A stretch of DNA of 64,000 nt. Source: Negaprion brevirostris (taxonomy: Eukaryota). Within the stretch, counting starts at the first letter, position 1. Each line of letters starts with the position of its first letter. Where the stretch lies: positions 23,750,136 through 23,814,135 of the forward strand of contig JARDVH010000157.1 of NCBI GenBank assembly GCA_030324005.1, given 5' to 3'. Below are positions 1-11,470 of this stretch, piece by piece. A program made the position numbers and the translations under genes. Below the pieces are notes generated by a model. The model was not told the origin of the DNA. It saw only the letters and a program-made list of their open reading frames with translations, and made no database searches.

Positions 1-245
1 TCTATGTCCGCCTCCTGGATTTGATAGTATTCTAAAAGAGGACACAAACTATGGTCTAACCATTGACTTGTGAAAAGAAATACTTGCATTTATAAAGCAC
101 TTTACAAGACCACTAGATGCCTCAAAGCATTTACAGCCAATTAAGCACGTGAGGTGTAGCCACTGCTGTAGTGTAGGAAAATCAGTAGCACAATTTGTGC
201 ATAGAAAGCTCTCTCAAAACTTCCACAAACAGTAATGTGGTAACC

Positions 246-660
246 GTAGAATGGTTACAGCACAGGAGGGGGCCATTTGGACTCTTACGTCTGTCATGGC
301 TTTCTGGAAGAGAAATCAGCTAGTCCCACTCTTCTGCTTTTCTCTACGGCCCTGCAAATCTTATCACTTTGGATAATTATCAGACTCTCTTTTGAAGGCC
401 TCAGTTGAATCCTCCTCTATCACGCTTCGAGGTAAAGTCTTCCAGATCCTACCTATGCCCTGGGTGAAAATGTTGTTGTTCTTGTCATTTTTGCTTCTTT
501 TGCCAGCCACCTTAATTCAAGTGTTCCCTTGTTCTGGATCCTTCTGCAGTGGGAAGAACTTCTCCCTGTCTACTCTGTCCAGAACCCTGAATAGTTTGAA
601 AATCTCTACCAAATCTTCTCCTTGGAGAACAGCATCAGCTTCTCCAATCCATTCAGACAG
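246..660 (-). mobile_element. CR1-type LINE 3' remnant
   Basis: tagaatggttacagcacaggaggggccatt tail and decayed ORF2 C-terminal sequence on the minus strand. Confidence 0.65.
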
Positions 661-1309
661 CTAGAATTTTTACCTCTCAATGACTTTTCAGCATCTTCCT
701 CCTTGGTAAAGGCAGAGACAAAGAATTAATATAGTGCCACAGCCATGTCCCCTGCCTTCATGTATAAAATCCCCATTTGGTCACTAATCTCCCCCATTCT
801 TCTGCTTGCCATCCTTTAACTATCTGTGTGCCGAAACAAGGCATTTGGATTCTCTTCTATGTCAGCTACTAGTGTCCCCTTGTGCTCTGTTTTTGCTTCT
901 CTTATTTTCCTTTAAACTTCACCTTTGAACTGTGTTCAACCTGGTTTTTGATTGCCTTATTCACCTGGTTCTGGATCACTTGTCTTTTTTCAAACCGAAC
1001 CTAAACTGTATGATGCAATGACCATTGATCCCTGTATGTTCCCCTACTGACACTTGACCCACTTAATTCACCAGAGTCAGATCCTGTTATGCCTCATATT
1101 TTGTTGGATTGAAGAAACATACTGATCTAGAAAATTCTCTGAAATTCACTTCATAAACTGTTCCTCCTCTCTGCTGTTTGCACTGTTACTATCCCAGCCT
1201 GTGCTAGGATAAGTAAGATTTCCCATTATAACTACTCTATAGTTTTTGCACTTATCTGCAATTTCCTTACAGGTTTGTTACTCTACATCTTTTCCCTAAT
1301 CCCAATATT

Positions 1310-1620
1310 GGGCAGCCCAGTGGCACAGCAGTTAGCACTGCTGCCTCACAGCACCAAGGACCTTGATTCAATTTCAGCCTCAGGTCGTTCTGTGGAGTTT
1401 CTTCATTCTCCCTTAGTTTGCATGGGTTTCCCCTGGTCGTTCTAGTATCTTCCCACAGTCCAAAAATGTGCGGGTTAAGTTGATTGGCCGTGCTAAATTG
1501 TCCCTTAGTGTCAGGGTAAATACATGGGTTTGCAGGGATCGGGCCTGGATGGAATTGTTGTCGGTGTGGGCTTGATGGGCCAAATGGCCTCTTTCTGCAC
1601 AGAGGGATCCTATGATTTTA
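1310..1620 (+). mobile_element. HE1-like tRNA-derived V-SINE, CR1-type tail (type A)
   Basis: tggcacagcagttagcactgctgcctcacagc head (A/B boxes), V-domain (gggtttcc...cccacagtccaaa), tail gatgggccaaatggcctc...ctatgatt. Confidence 0.85.
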
Positions 1621-2332
1621 TATGGTAGCCGATAGAATCCACTCAGTAGCTTAATGGTACTTCAGTTGTTTCTTGGCTCTAACCTGGACCCTAGAGTCTA
1701 GAATATTCACTCCTTCATTAGTTGGTACTACTATCCTGCCTCCTTTCTTCCCTGAGCCTGCATCTCGCCAATCTTAACTTTTACACTCTGCACATGCACT
1801 TACACGCACAGTAAAATTAATTTAATTTAGGCTTATTGTATTCTCTCTTGTGCAGAATGCCATCCTGCTCTTGCGCGATAGTTCTCTTCCAATTTTCTGT
1901 GTTACTTGTTCTTCACTAACATTTCCTGGTTCCCACACCGCTGTCACATAAGTTTAAACCTTCCCCAATAGCACTAGCAAATATAACTCACTAGGATATT
2001 GGTCCCACATTTGTCCAATTCACCTACCATGAAACAGCACTAATTTTGGATTTGTTCAATAATCTCTCTTTTTAAAAATCAAAGATAAAATTAAAAAGAA
2101 CCAACAAGGTGTAAAGAACAGAGATGAATAGGGAACAAAAACAGAAAAGTATTTTTCATTTTTTGTAGAATTAATTCTTTATCATGGAAGATGGTGCAAA
2201 GCGTTAACTATTACTGTACCAGTTAACATTCACTTCACCAGATACAAGTCCTTTCTCCAGTATGTTTCTCCTCAGCCATGCACATCTGTTCTATCCTCCT
2301 ACTTCTATGCTGATCTGTGGTAATTGAAGTAA

Positions 2333-2515
2333 TGATGTGGAGATGCCGGCGTTGGACTGGGGTAAAGACAGTAAGAAGTCTCACAACACTAGATTAAAGT
2401 CCAACAGGTTTATTTGGTTACAAACGCCACTAGCTTTCGGAGCACTGCTCCTTCGTCAAGTAAGTGGGAGAACTTCCATTTACCTGAAGAAGGAACAGCA
2501 TTCCGAGCTTTTCTT
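2333..2515. mobile_element. Second, more decayed copy of the palindromic hammerhead-bearing Penelope-derived element
   Basis: gatgtggagatgccggcgttggactggggt...aaagtccaacaggtttatttgg...ctttcggagcactgctccttcgtca matches the 37170-37403 family. Confidence 0.7.
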
Positions 2516-4462
2516 ACTGTAATGGAAGTAATCCAGAGGTAACTGCCTTTTAAGGTCACACTTGCTCATTTCTTTCCTCGGCCTCTAAATTTTGCCTTCA
2601 GGACTTCATAAGAACACAAGAAATAGGAGCAGGAGTAGGCCATCTAGCCCTTCAAGCCTGCCCCACCATTCAATAAGATCATGGNNNNNNNNNNNNNNNN
2701 NNNNNNNNNNNNNNNNNNNNNNNNNNNNNNNNNNNNNNNNNNAACCTTGATTTTGTGCTCAACTCCTGGAGTGGATTTGAACCTGAAACCTACTGATTCC
2801 AAGGTGAGAATGCTACCAACTGAGCCACAGCTGACACTTGTAGTTTGATATTTTTGTACCCTGCCCCTCCTGGTAAAACCTAGGATGTGTTCTCAATTTA
2901 TTGTCACGCTTCTGAACGTATAAATCTTCTTACTGTCTCATTCGGTGCGCATAATACTCATATTCCTCTTCCCCAGTGAAACATCTCATCATTCTTGTAT
3001 TTAATTTTGAAATGTGTCCAATTAAATAAACTATCTGTGATTCTTACCAGTTGTTTTCAGTTTTCTCCACTATATTTTGTCTTACATGGATTTTGATTTT
3101 GTGCCCCCCATACCCATTTGCACATTGATAATATGAAGAGGGTTGACCGGAATACATATCCCAGGGATACACTATTATTTACACTTTAATCCAAAAAGAT
3201 CCATTAACCATGAGTCTCTGTTTGCTGCCCTTTAGCCACAGCTCCTTTATTACAGAACATCTTAATTTTGTGTGACACCCAAAATCAGCATCCGATGGAT
3301 TTAACTTATCAATGCACTCTTGTTATTTTCCCATCGAACCTAAAGTTAGACAAGCCCTTTTCACATCTGTGCTGAATTACCCCTTGTCTTTAATGTTATC
3401 TGGTATTATGACTTTTAGAGCTCACTAAATGATCTGTAATACCTGGTTTAAGCCCTTCCCTTTTTGGAATGACTTCATTTGCAAGGAAGTTTGTAAGTTT
3501 TGCTCTGAGCCTGTACTATTTTTGCTATTTTCCCCCTCTACTGGAGTGTTTTCTTTTAATTTCTTTAGCTATTTTATTTTACTTTGCATTAGCAGCCCTT
3601 GATTTGACTGGTTCATTTTGTAATACTCATTTTACTTTAATTGCTATACCAACCACAGGAGCACTAGTTTTTACTGCACCACTTTCCTTGTAGGGTATCT
3701 CTTATCTGTATAATTCAAATGTAAAATGATTAAGTCCCATTGTATGTCAGTTAGAAAACACATCTTTCAACAACTCCTCTTACAATTTAATGGAGAACCA
3801 TCCATCCTAAAGCTTTGTAATTAAGTTAGCTCCCATTGTTGCTGAATCTGCTCAATTTGTGACATGGGAGCATTTGGCAACAGTGGGATAAAGTGTGCAC
3901 TTGCTCATGTACTATTACTCAAAGTTGCAAACATGACTAAATCAACTATGCACATAAATCATGTACACATCAACTTAATCAGGATCAAATGTTGCAACTT
4001 TTATAGGACAGCAGGTGTTAGTTAGCATTGCTGCTAGTAATACTTTCCATTGACAGCACTCTGTAAAGTTTCCACGCCTAGATGATTTCTTTATCTACTG
4101 ATTAACTCTCCATGATGTTAACGCCTTAATACTTCAGAATGCTCACTCATGTAACTAAAATCCTCTCTCCAAAATAAACTGAAAATATTGTGTCAAATAT
4201 ACAGAAAACTGAAACTATTTAATTAAGTACCCACTGATTGCTGGGGAGGAAGGTGGAATATTTTTCCTGAGAATAGTCTAATTTCACCAGATACTTATGC
4301 AGATGTTGTCTTTTAATGTATCCCCAAGATTGAAAGTGTCTTTCCACTAATGACTCGAACAATAGTCCAAACAATAATGATGATAATCCTGTAATACTTT
4401 TCTGCTTAACTCTAAAATTATTCCTCTCGAAGGAATGTAATCTCCATATTACTTTTACAGTA

Positions 4463-4650
4463 CAAACAGAAAATGCTGGATAAACTCAACAGGTGTGGCA
4501 GCATCTGTGCGAGAAAAGGAGTTAACATTTCGGAGCGCCTAAACGTTAAGTGTTTCTCTCTACAGATGCTGCCAGACCTGTTAAGTTCATATGGCAGTTT
4601 GTGTTCTTATTCCAGATTTTCAGCATCCACAATATTTTGCTTTTATTACT
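4463..4650. repeat. Palindromic repeat, family 3 (Penelope terminal-repeat-derived)
   Basis: aaacagaaaatgctgga...cagcatctgtg...gttaacattt / aaacgttaa...acagatgctgccagacctg; same family as 28205-28390, 38757-38880, 59748-59845. Confidence 0.7.
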
Positions 4651-5558
4651 CTACATACCTTTCTCAACCTTATTGAACATATGGCTGATAAATTTCAGTG
4701 ACTTTTGAGTAGAAATGTAGAGACCTTGTCATTTTTACAGCAATAGGCAGCCATAATCATATGGCAGATTCATTGACCCTTTAATGCTTCAATCAAGCCA
4801 CTTTCAGTGGAGTGAGATCTGTGTTTTCACAGCTTTACTGTTGTATAGAAGCATCATGCGATAATGTTTCTGAGAGCAGTCCTAAGGAGGTGACTACTCA
4901 AGGAAATTGTCACATTTTGGGATTACTAGATTTACGCAGAAAGGAATTCAAAAGATTACATTTGGATCACACGTCCCTTATACCCATGGTTTGGGAAGTC
5001 CCTCATCCTGAATGGTTGGCAGTGGTTGTTTGGCAACCTTTGGTTGTGAACAGTCATAAAACATAGAAAAAAGTGCACGCTGACAGTCAGTTTCTAAACA
5101 GAAAGCTACTTGGACCCTTAGAATGTAAGAGTTAGAATTCTTTGCCCAGCAAGGGGAGCAATTACTGTGGGAAAGTTTATTGCTGCCTGTTGAATGATTT
5201 ATTTCTGGCCAAGACTTACAAAACACCAGTGACCTCATGTCTATGTTAAGAGATGCACCTTGTTACATCTCCTCGATTATGCTATTAGGTAAGTAGATAG
5301 TTGGCATTGTGAGCCAGCTCTGGAATAAGGGACATGAGATCCATTTATGGAAATGAGCGATGCCACTGAACTCGAAGATGTCCATAGCAACTCAAATTTG
5401 AAACATATGCGCTGAGTTCTTGCTTGTTCAAAGACAAGACGCGGTATTATGAACAGAGAATTCCATTGACTGGTGCATCAATTGTAGATGCGTGTAGTTG
5501 TCATAGAGCGTAATGTCCTGATCAATGTGCTGCCTACTACTGTGCTGTTCTGTTTTAG

Positions 5559-5642
5559 GGTTCATACTGGGCCATTGACACTAATCCAAAGGAGGATACA
5601 CTGCCCACTCGGCCAAAGAAGAGGCCGCGATCGGGAGAAAGG
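5559..5642 (+). CDS. FOXJ3: FOXJ3 coding exon (end of forkhead domain plus basic NLS-like segment): [28 protein letters not shown]
   Basis: ttttag|GGT acceptor, AGG|gtaggt donor, 84 nt phase 0-0; translation matches vertebrate FOXJ3 as recalled ([22 protein letters not shown]). Upstream exons lie outside the window. Confidence 0.95.
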
Positions 5643-6906
5643 GTAGGTCTAAATCTTTTTATCTGCTTATGAAATTACAATCAGATTGGAAGACATGATC
5701 ATTAAGGATTTTTTGTTTTGCAGTGGAGTACCTTAAGGTTGTAATGTGGTAGTACGTCAAGGTTGTAATGTAGTACGTCATGAACTGTAAACACATGGCT
5801 TTATGCCTGATTGGTCACAGAGAAATGTCTCTGTTTCGTATGACAATGGCTCCAATATTTATCTGTTGCTTTGGTTTTGGAACTTTTTAACCTTCAGAAT
5901 GTTCTACCTGAAGCCCACACTCCCAAATCACTCTGGTTAGGTAGACTGAGCAATTTCTTAAAGACACCTATTATACCAAGGGGTAAATCACATTTATGTG
6001 CTTCACAAGAAAAGCTTATATTATTTGGATCATCTGTTGTTGTCCCCCTAGTCTTTAACCCTAAGCTCTTTCTAAAACTCCTTAATTATGAGAAATTAGA
6101 AAACATGAAAATAGAATAAATGAAGGAAATTTTCATTGTAACTGAAATGTGAATTAATATTGGTGGAAAAGGCAAACATAGTGAATTTATGGCCTTCAGG
6201 GGCTCATTGTTGCCACTCATCTGATCACACCAACATCCGCAATGCAAATTTACTGCCTTAGTCCTAGCAAGACATATTGCACTGGAGATCTTTGACTTGT
6301 GGTGTCTAGTTTTTTTTATACTGTGATTTTAGTTCTGTCTCATTAAAACTAGGTGAACTCACCTTTGCTCACCTTTACAAGCATGTCTGCTGTTCGCCAA
6401 GGAAAGCATTATATTTTTAATTTACCAACTTGCTGTTAGTACTGCAGTATTAATCTGTCACCAACACTGATGAATCGTGATTTAGTTACATTTGAACAAT
6501 CAAAGTCCAAGAGAGTGAGCGGCAGTTTTATAGGTATTTGCCTGTTGTCGCTGTTTCCAAAATAATTTCAACAGTGCCTAGTACTGCATGGAGATTCATA
6601 ACAACAAGGGGTACCTGCAAATTCAAGCTGGTGTATTGGATGATCAAAGGCTGCAAAAGCAATGGACATCTTTACACTAACGTGTGGAGACACGAGGGGC
6701 TATGAACAAATTTTATGTCTATTCTGGGTCCTGACTCAATTCTTAATCTGTTTGGACTTCCCAGTAGGCATAATTAGGATGATGACTTTATTTTGGTTGG
6801 GGTGAATGGGGGTGCGGTGTGACAAAATGGCATTCATTCTATAATTATTTTCGGCCTCCAAATATAAATTGTGTGAGTGTCCCTGTGCTCTGCTGCTTTG
6901 TTACAG

Positions 6907-7008
6907 GCCTCAACGCCCTACAGTCTGGACTCTGAGCCTTTAGGAATGGACTGCATCATCTCTGGAAGTGCCTCTCCGACCTTGGCAATCAACACTGTGA
7001 CTAACAAA
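6907..7008 (+). CDS. FOXJ3: FOXJ3 coding exon: [34 protein letters not shown] (102 nt, frame-preserving)
   Basis: ttacag|GCC acceptor, AAA|gtactg (weak) donor; near-identical to the recalled FOXJ3 peptide [34 protein letters not shown]. Confidence 0.93.
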
Positions 7009-9211
7009 GTACTGTTCCTTTAATTCTACCTTCTTGTCACTGTTTGTAGCTTTGGTTTAAGGCTTATAACAGCAAGAAATCAAATTTCCTGTGAACCATA
7101 CAATAGTGATAGCAATTACTGAAACCTATTTAAGAAGAATTTTTAGATCTAATTGTTTTATCCTTTTCTAAACCACAGTTGGGTAAGGATTAGTCATTTC
7201 TAATTTACTATTTTTTTTTCCTAATTTGAGAGTGCACTGCTAAATTAGCACAAACTTGTGTTAAAACGGTTTATAATGGAACAAAGTAATTTGCAAGTTG
7301 AAAGGTACCTTTGTCCATTGTAGTGTCTCTCTCAAATGATTTGGCAGGTGTAACCAGTAATCAGCTTGAAAGTAACAATAAAGGATGCTTCTGAATTTTT
7401 TCATTACCCACATTTCCCAGCCTCCATTCAACATTTCCCCTGATGTCACAACAGTGATTGAGAATCCCAGTGGGGAAGCTAGTTTATGCCTTGCCAGTCC
7501 CTGGGATGGCACATTGTACTATCCTGAATTAATGCTTTTAATCCTGTTTGCATCTTGCCAAGAATCAGTAGATTCGGTGCGAAGACGCTGCGCGGAACAG
7601 GGAGAATTCTTTCTGTGTGCGTGCTGCTGATAAAATTCAGTTCTAGTTTATAGATCTTAGACCAGAGGTCTTTTTAAATAAATGTTGCTCATTGACGTGA
7701 GGAATATTAGTGCTATGAAATAGCCAACTTTGATACCTCTGATGTGTCTCTCATCTAGGAACAGCACTAATAAATGCTGAATAAATATTTTCCATTCTAC
7801 CCTCGCAATGTGTTTTAGCTTGAAACTCAAAACTGATCTTTATTCCCCCTGTTGTCCATGCAAGCCCATCTAGTAATCTTACCTGAGTGACAAATTAAAG
7901 CATGTATTTTAGCTATAGGCCTGCTAGAAGCTAGACTGAGACTATCAAAATCTAATTCATTTTATATTCTCAGCTAACAGACAGGGGTTCTCAGACCACA
8001 ACTTTGGGCTGAATGTGATCCGTGTGTCTAGCCTACTTGCCCAGAGGAATTTTTTAAAAATGCTGAGTTTTTCATTTGCTTTGTCGAGGTGCCTCAAATG
8101 AATCAGCAAACGACTTTTTAAAACAGTTGAACTGTACAGGCACTGCCATAACTTCAATCACCTAACTGATCTTTATTAAATTTGCTGAACTGAAAATCAG
8201 AATACTCTGTTTGTAAAGAGGAGCCCTTCCATTGGAGATAATGGACTGCATACTGTTGAATCCCTCTCACACGCAGGATAACCCTGCTCTAAAATGTTGA
8301 AAGGCAACAAGCATGACCCAAGAAATGTTCGCATAATTGACTTTCGTTTAAGGGATGTTTATCTGCTTAGATTATTTTTGAGTTTTAAACACATTTGCCA
8401 GTCAGGGTTGTGCCTCCACTCTTATTGGGGGACATTAAGTAAGGACAGGATTAAATGCCCTCCAATTGAATATCTTGCCAACACTGTTGAGATTCACATA
8501 TTGAATATGGCTGTTTAGATGAAGTCAGCACCTGCAGTAGAGGAAAAAAAAACTAGAAAAGAAGAGTGATTCTTTCTTCCAAATGCTTCCAGTGTCCTCC
8601 TCCTTTAGGAGTTACCTCCTTGTTGGAATATATTTTTGCAACTGATGGGATATCGTGAGAAAACCTGAGTTTGACATCCACACATGTATTTCCAGCAGAG
8701 GTCACTAGAAAGCTTTAAAAAGATCAATTGTATCACCATGTCACTACCCCAACAGTGATTGTGGTCTGTATTATTCCGCTATTCATGGCCTTAGCTTCCT
8801 GAGGAGCCAAGAGTATTTTTAATAGAGCCAGTGTAAGGCCATCAAACAGCAGTACGTAAAATATTTTTGGGTATGTTCTTGTAAGTAATGTATTTGGTGT
8901 ATGGATTGTGTAGAATTGTTAATATGTGATTATTCATCTCAGACCTATGTTTGTGTCGTCAACTTTGTTGAACTAAATTCTAATGAAACCTTTCTTAAAT
9001 GACGATTGTGTATTGAAGCAATGCTTCACAAAGGCACACTATCCTGTCATATTATTAGTTCTTAACGTGTGTTAAATTTTTTATATTGTTAATTTTTTTG
9101 CCAAATGCCATGCAATCTTAAACTGCTGTCATCATTGCCACCACCATTGATGGGCCATTGCCACCAATGTTAATCAGATCAGAGTGCTTTCTTTAGATGC
9201 AGCCCAAGTTT

Positions 9212-9507
9212 GGGTGGCACAGTGGTTAGTACTGCTAACTCACAATGCCAGGGACCTAGGCTTGATTCCCAGCATGGGTCACTATTTGTGCAGAGTATGC
9301 AAGTTTCCCCCCCGTGTTTGCATGGGTTTCCTCCAGGTGCTCCAGTTTCGTCCCACAGTCTGAAAGACATGCTGGTTAGGTGCATCGACCTGAACGGACG
9401 CCAGCCAGACTGTGGTGACTAGGGCAATTCCACATTAACTTCATTGCAGTGTTAATGTAAGCCTTACTTGCGATTAATAAATAAATTTTACTTTTACTTT
9501 ACTTTTA
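9212..9507 (+). mobile_element. V-SINE with alternative tail (type B)
   Basis: Same head and V-domain; tail gactaggg...cacattaacttcattgcagtgttaatgtaagccttacttg...aataaataaa(tttac)n. Confidence 0.85.
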
Positions 9508-9774
9508 CATTGAGCCTCCACCAACCCCATTCCACCTTATTCTGTCAGCATACTCCACATTCCTTTCACCTTCCCGTAAACATTTCATATCACAGCAAGT
9601 TTCATCTTCTAACTGACTAAAATAACTGTTTGGATTTATTTGAAACGATCTTCTATATATGATCCTTAATTTTGGACAGGCCTACAAGTGGAGACACCTT
9701 TCCTTTTCTCCGGTTGAATACCTTCATGATAATTTATTATGAATCAGGATGTCAATCAACAATAAACATAGCAA

Positions 9775-10315
9775 AGCATGTAAACAAATGGATCAGGAAC
9801 AGGAGAAGGCCACTCAGCCCCTCAAGTCTGCCTCCACCATTCAATAAATTCATGGCTGATCAGACTGTAACTTTAAGCTCAGATTCTTGCTGACGCCCAA
9901 TGCGCTTTCATCCCATTAATCAAGAAGCTATTTAAAGGTTCTGCCTTAAAAATATTCAAAGCTTTTTCCAAAGCGTTTTGAGGAAGAGTTCCAAATATTC
10001 ATGACCCTCTGAAAGAAAATGTCTCCTTATATCCATCTTAAATGAGCAACTCCTTATTTTAAAACTGTGACACCTAGTTCTAGATTGTCCCACATGAGGA
10101 AACATTTCCCACATCCATTCTGTCAAGACCCTTCAGGGTCTTAAAGGTTTCAACCCAAGGCACCTCTTACTCTTCTAAACTCCAGTGGACAAAGCCTAAT
10201 CTCTCCAACGTTTCCTCATAAAGCAATCCACCCATTCCTGGTGTCAGTCCAGTAAACCTTTGCTGAAATGCTTCTAACACATTTACATATTTCCTCAAAT
10301 AAAGAGACCGATACA
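9775..10315 (-). mobile_element. CR1-type LINE 3' remnant
   Basis: aggaacaggagaaggccactcagcccctcaag...ccaccattcaat..atcatggctgatc tail; ORF2 C-terminal remnants. Confidence 0.75.
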
Positions 10316-10380
10316 GAAACTGTTGGAAAAATGCAGAACCTGTTAGGCTAGTTTAAAAACTGGACAGGTGAGAACAATGA

Positions 10381-10563
10381 GATCATAGAATTATACAGTG
10401 CAGAAGCAGGCCATTCAACCCATTGGATCTGCACCAACTCTCTGATAGAGCATCTTCCTCAGGCTCTATCCCCACGCATTTACCCCGCTAATGCTCCTAC
10501 ACACCTTGGTATATGAAGGGGCAATTTAGCATAGGCAATCAATCTAACCTGCCCATCTTTTTG
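10381..10563 (-). mobile_element. V-SINE type A, 3' fragment
   Basis: atcatagaa..tacagtgcagaagcaggccattc...ggggcaatttagcataggcaatcaatctaacctg. Confidence 0.7.
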
Positions 10564-10586
10564 ATAGTACAAAAAGTGGTCATGTC

Positions 10587-10866
10587 AGGCGGTGGCACTG
10601 CTGCTTCACAACGCAAGGGCCAGGTTAGATTCTTGGCTTGGGTCACCATCTGCGCAGAGCCTGCATGTTTTCCCTGTGTCTATGCAGGTTTCCTCTGGGT
10701 GCTCTGGTTCCCTCCCATAGTCTGAAAGACATGCTGGTTAGGTGCATGCTAAATTCTCCCACAGTGTACTCAAACAGGCACCAAAGTATAGCAACTAGGG
10801 GATTTTCACAGTAACTTCATTGCAGAGTTAATGTAAACCTACTTGTGACACAAATAAATGAACTTT
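10587..10866 (+). mobile_element. V-SINE type B directly abutting the VPS9D1 CpG island
   Basis: gcactgctgcttcaca...ggattttcacagtaacttcattgcagagttaatgtaaacctacttgtgacacaaataaatgaacttt. Confidence 0.85.
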
Positions 10867-10957
10867 AAAGCATTCCTTCCAAAAATATTACTGCATGTAC
10901 ACCTTTGAAAGGCAGCTGGAGTTGGGTCTGAGGGGTTTGGAAGCGCTTGGCTGGCAG

Positions 10958-10976
10958 TGGCCAGCAGATGGCGCTG
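10958..10976 (+). promoter_or_regulatory. CTCF-binding motif
   Basis: TGGCCAGCAGATGGCGCTG matches the CTCF core consensus CCASYAGRKGGCRS. Confidence 0.7.
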
Positions 10977-11122
10977 TCATGGTGCCCCGCAGCAGCTGCC
11001 CCGCAGTGTCTCACCCCTTTATGTGTCCGGGTTGCCGATATGCCCGGCGCACAATTTCCTCCGGGTGTCCCTCCGCAGCGCCGGATAAAGGTTCCGGTGG
11101 GGCAGTCGGTCGGTTGGGCGAC

Positions 11123-11215
11123 ATGGCGTTGACAGAGTCGGGGGCGAACGCCCTGCAAAGCGCCATGAAGTTGGCGAGGGCGGCGATCCAGCTGGACACG
11201 GAGAGCCGGCAGAAG
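11123..11215 (+). CDS. VPS9D1: VPS9 domain-containing protein 1, first coding exon: [31 protein letters not shown]
   Basis: Kozak-like gacATGG, AAG|gtaaac donor (phase 0); peptide resembles the recalled human VPS9D1 N-terminus ([22 protein letters not shown], MIT-like helix). No downstream VPS9D1 exons recognised in the window. Confidence 0.82.
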
Positions 11216-11400
11216 GTAAAACTGGACGGCGGGGATTAGTCAGCGCCCCATCTCCCCATCCCTGAAACCGGGTACGTCGACTGTCAGTCGGGCAGAGCCG
11301 GTCCGGCTCACTCCGAGCCCGGGGGCGGTGGGGCTCCCAGGCCCCCGGGGCAGCAACCGCGGCAGAGTGGGCGGATCAGCCTGGGGGAGGGGGGAGCACA

Positions 11401-11470
11401 CCCAGACCCAGACCCAGACCCAGACCCAGACCCCGCACCCTGACCCAGACCCCGCACCCAGACCCAGACC
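11401..11470 (+). repeat. (CCCAGA)n hexamer microsatellite with variants
   Basis: cccagacccagacccagacc... running toward the N gap at 11490. Confidence 0.9.

Noticed and set aside
5727-5780. Short tandem repeat (aaggttgtaatgt..agtacgtca) resembling a repeat array
   Set aside because: Two imperfect ~21-24-bp units without spacers; ordinary local duplication, and CRISPR is not applicable to this vertebrate DNA.
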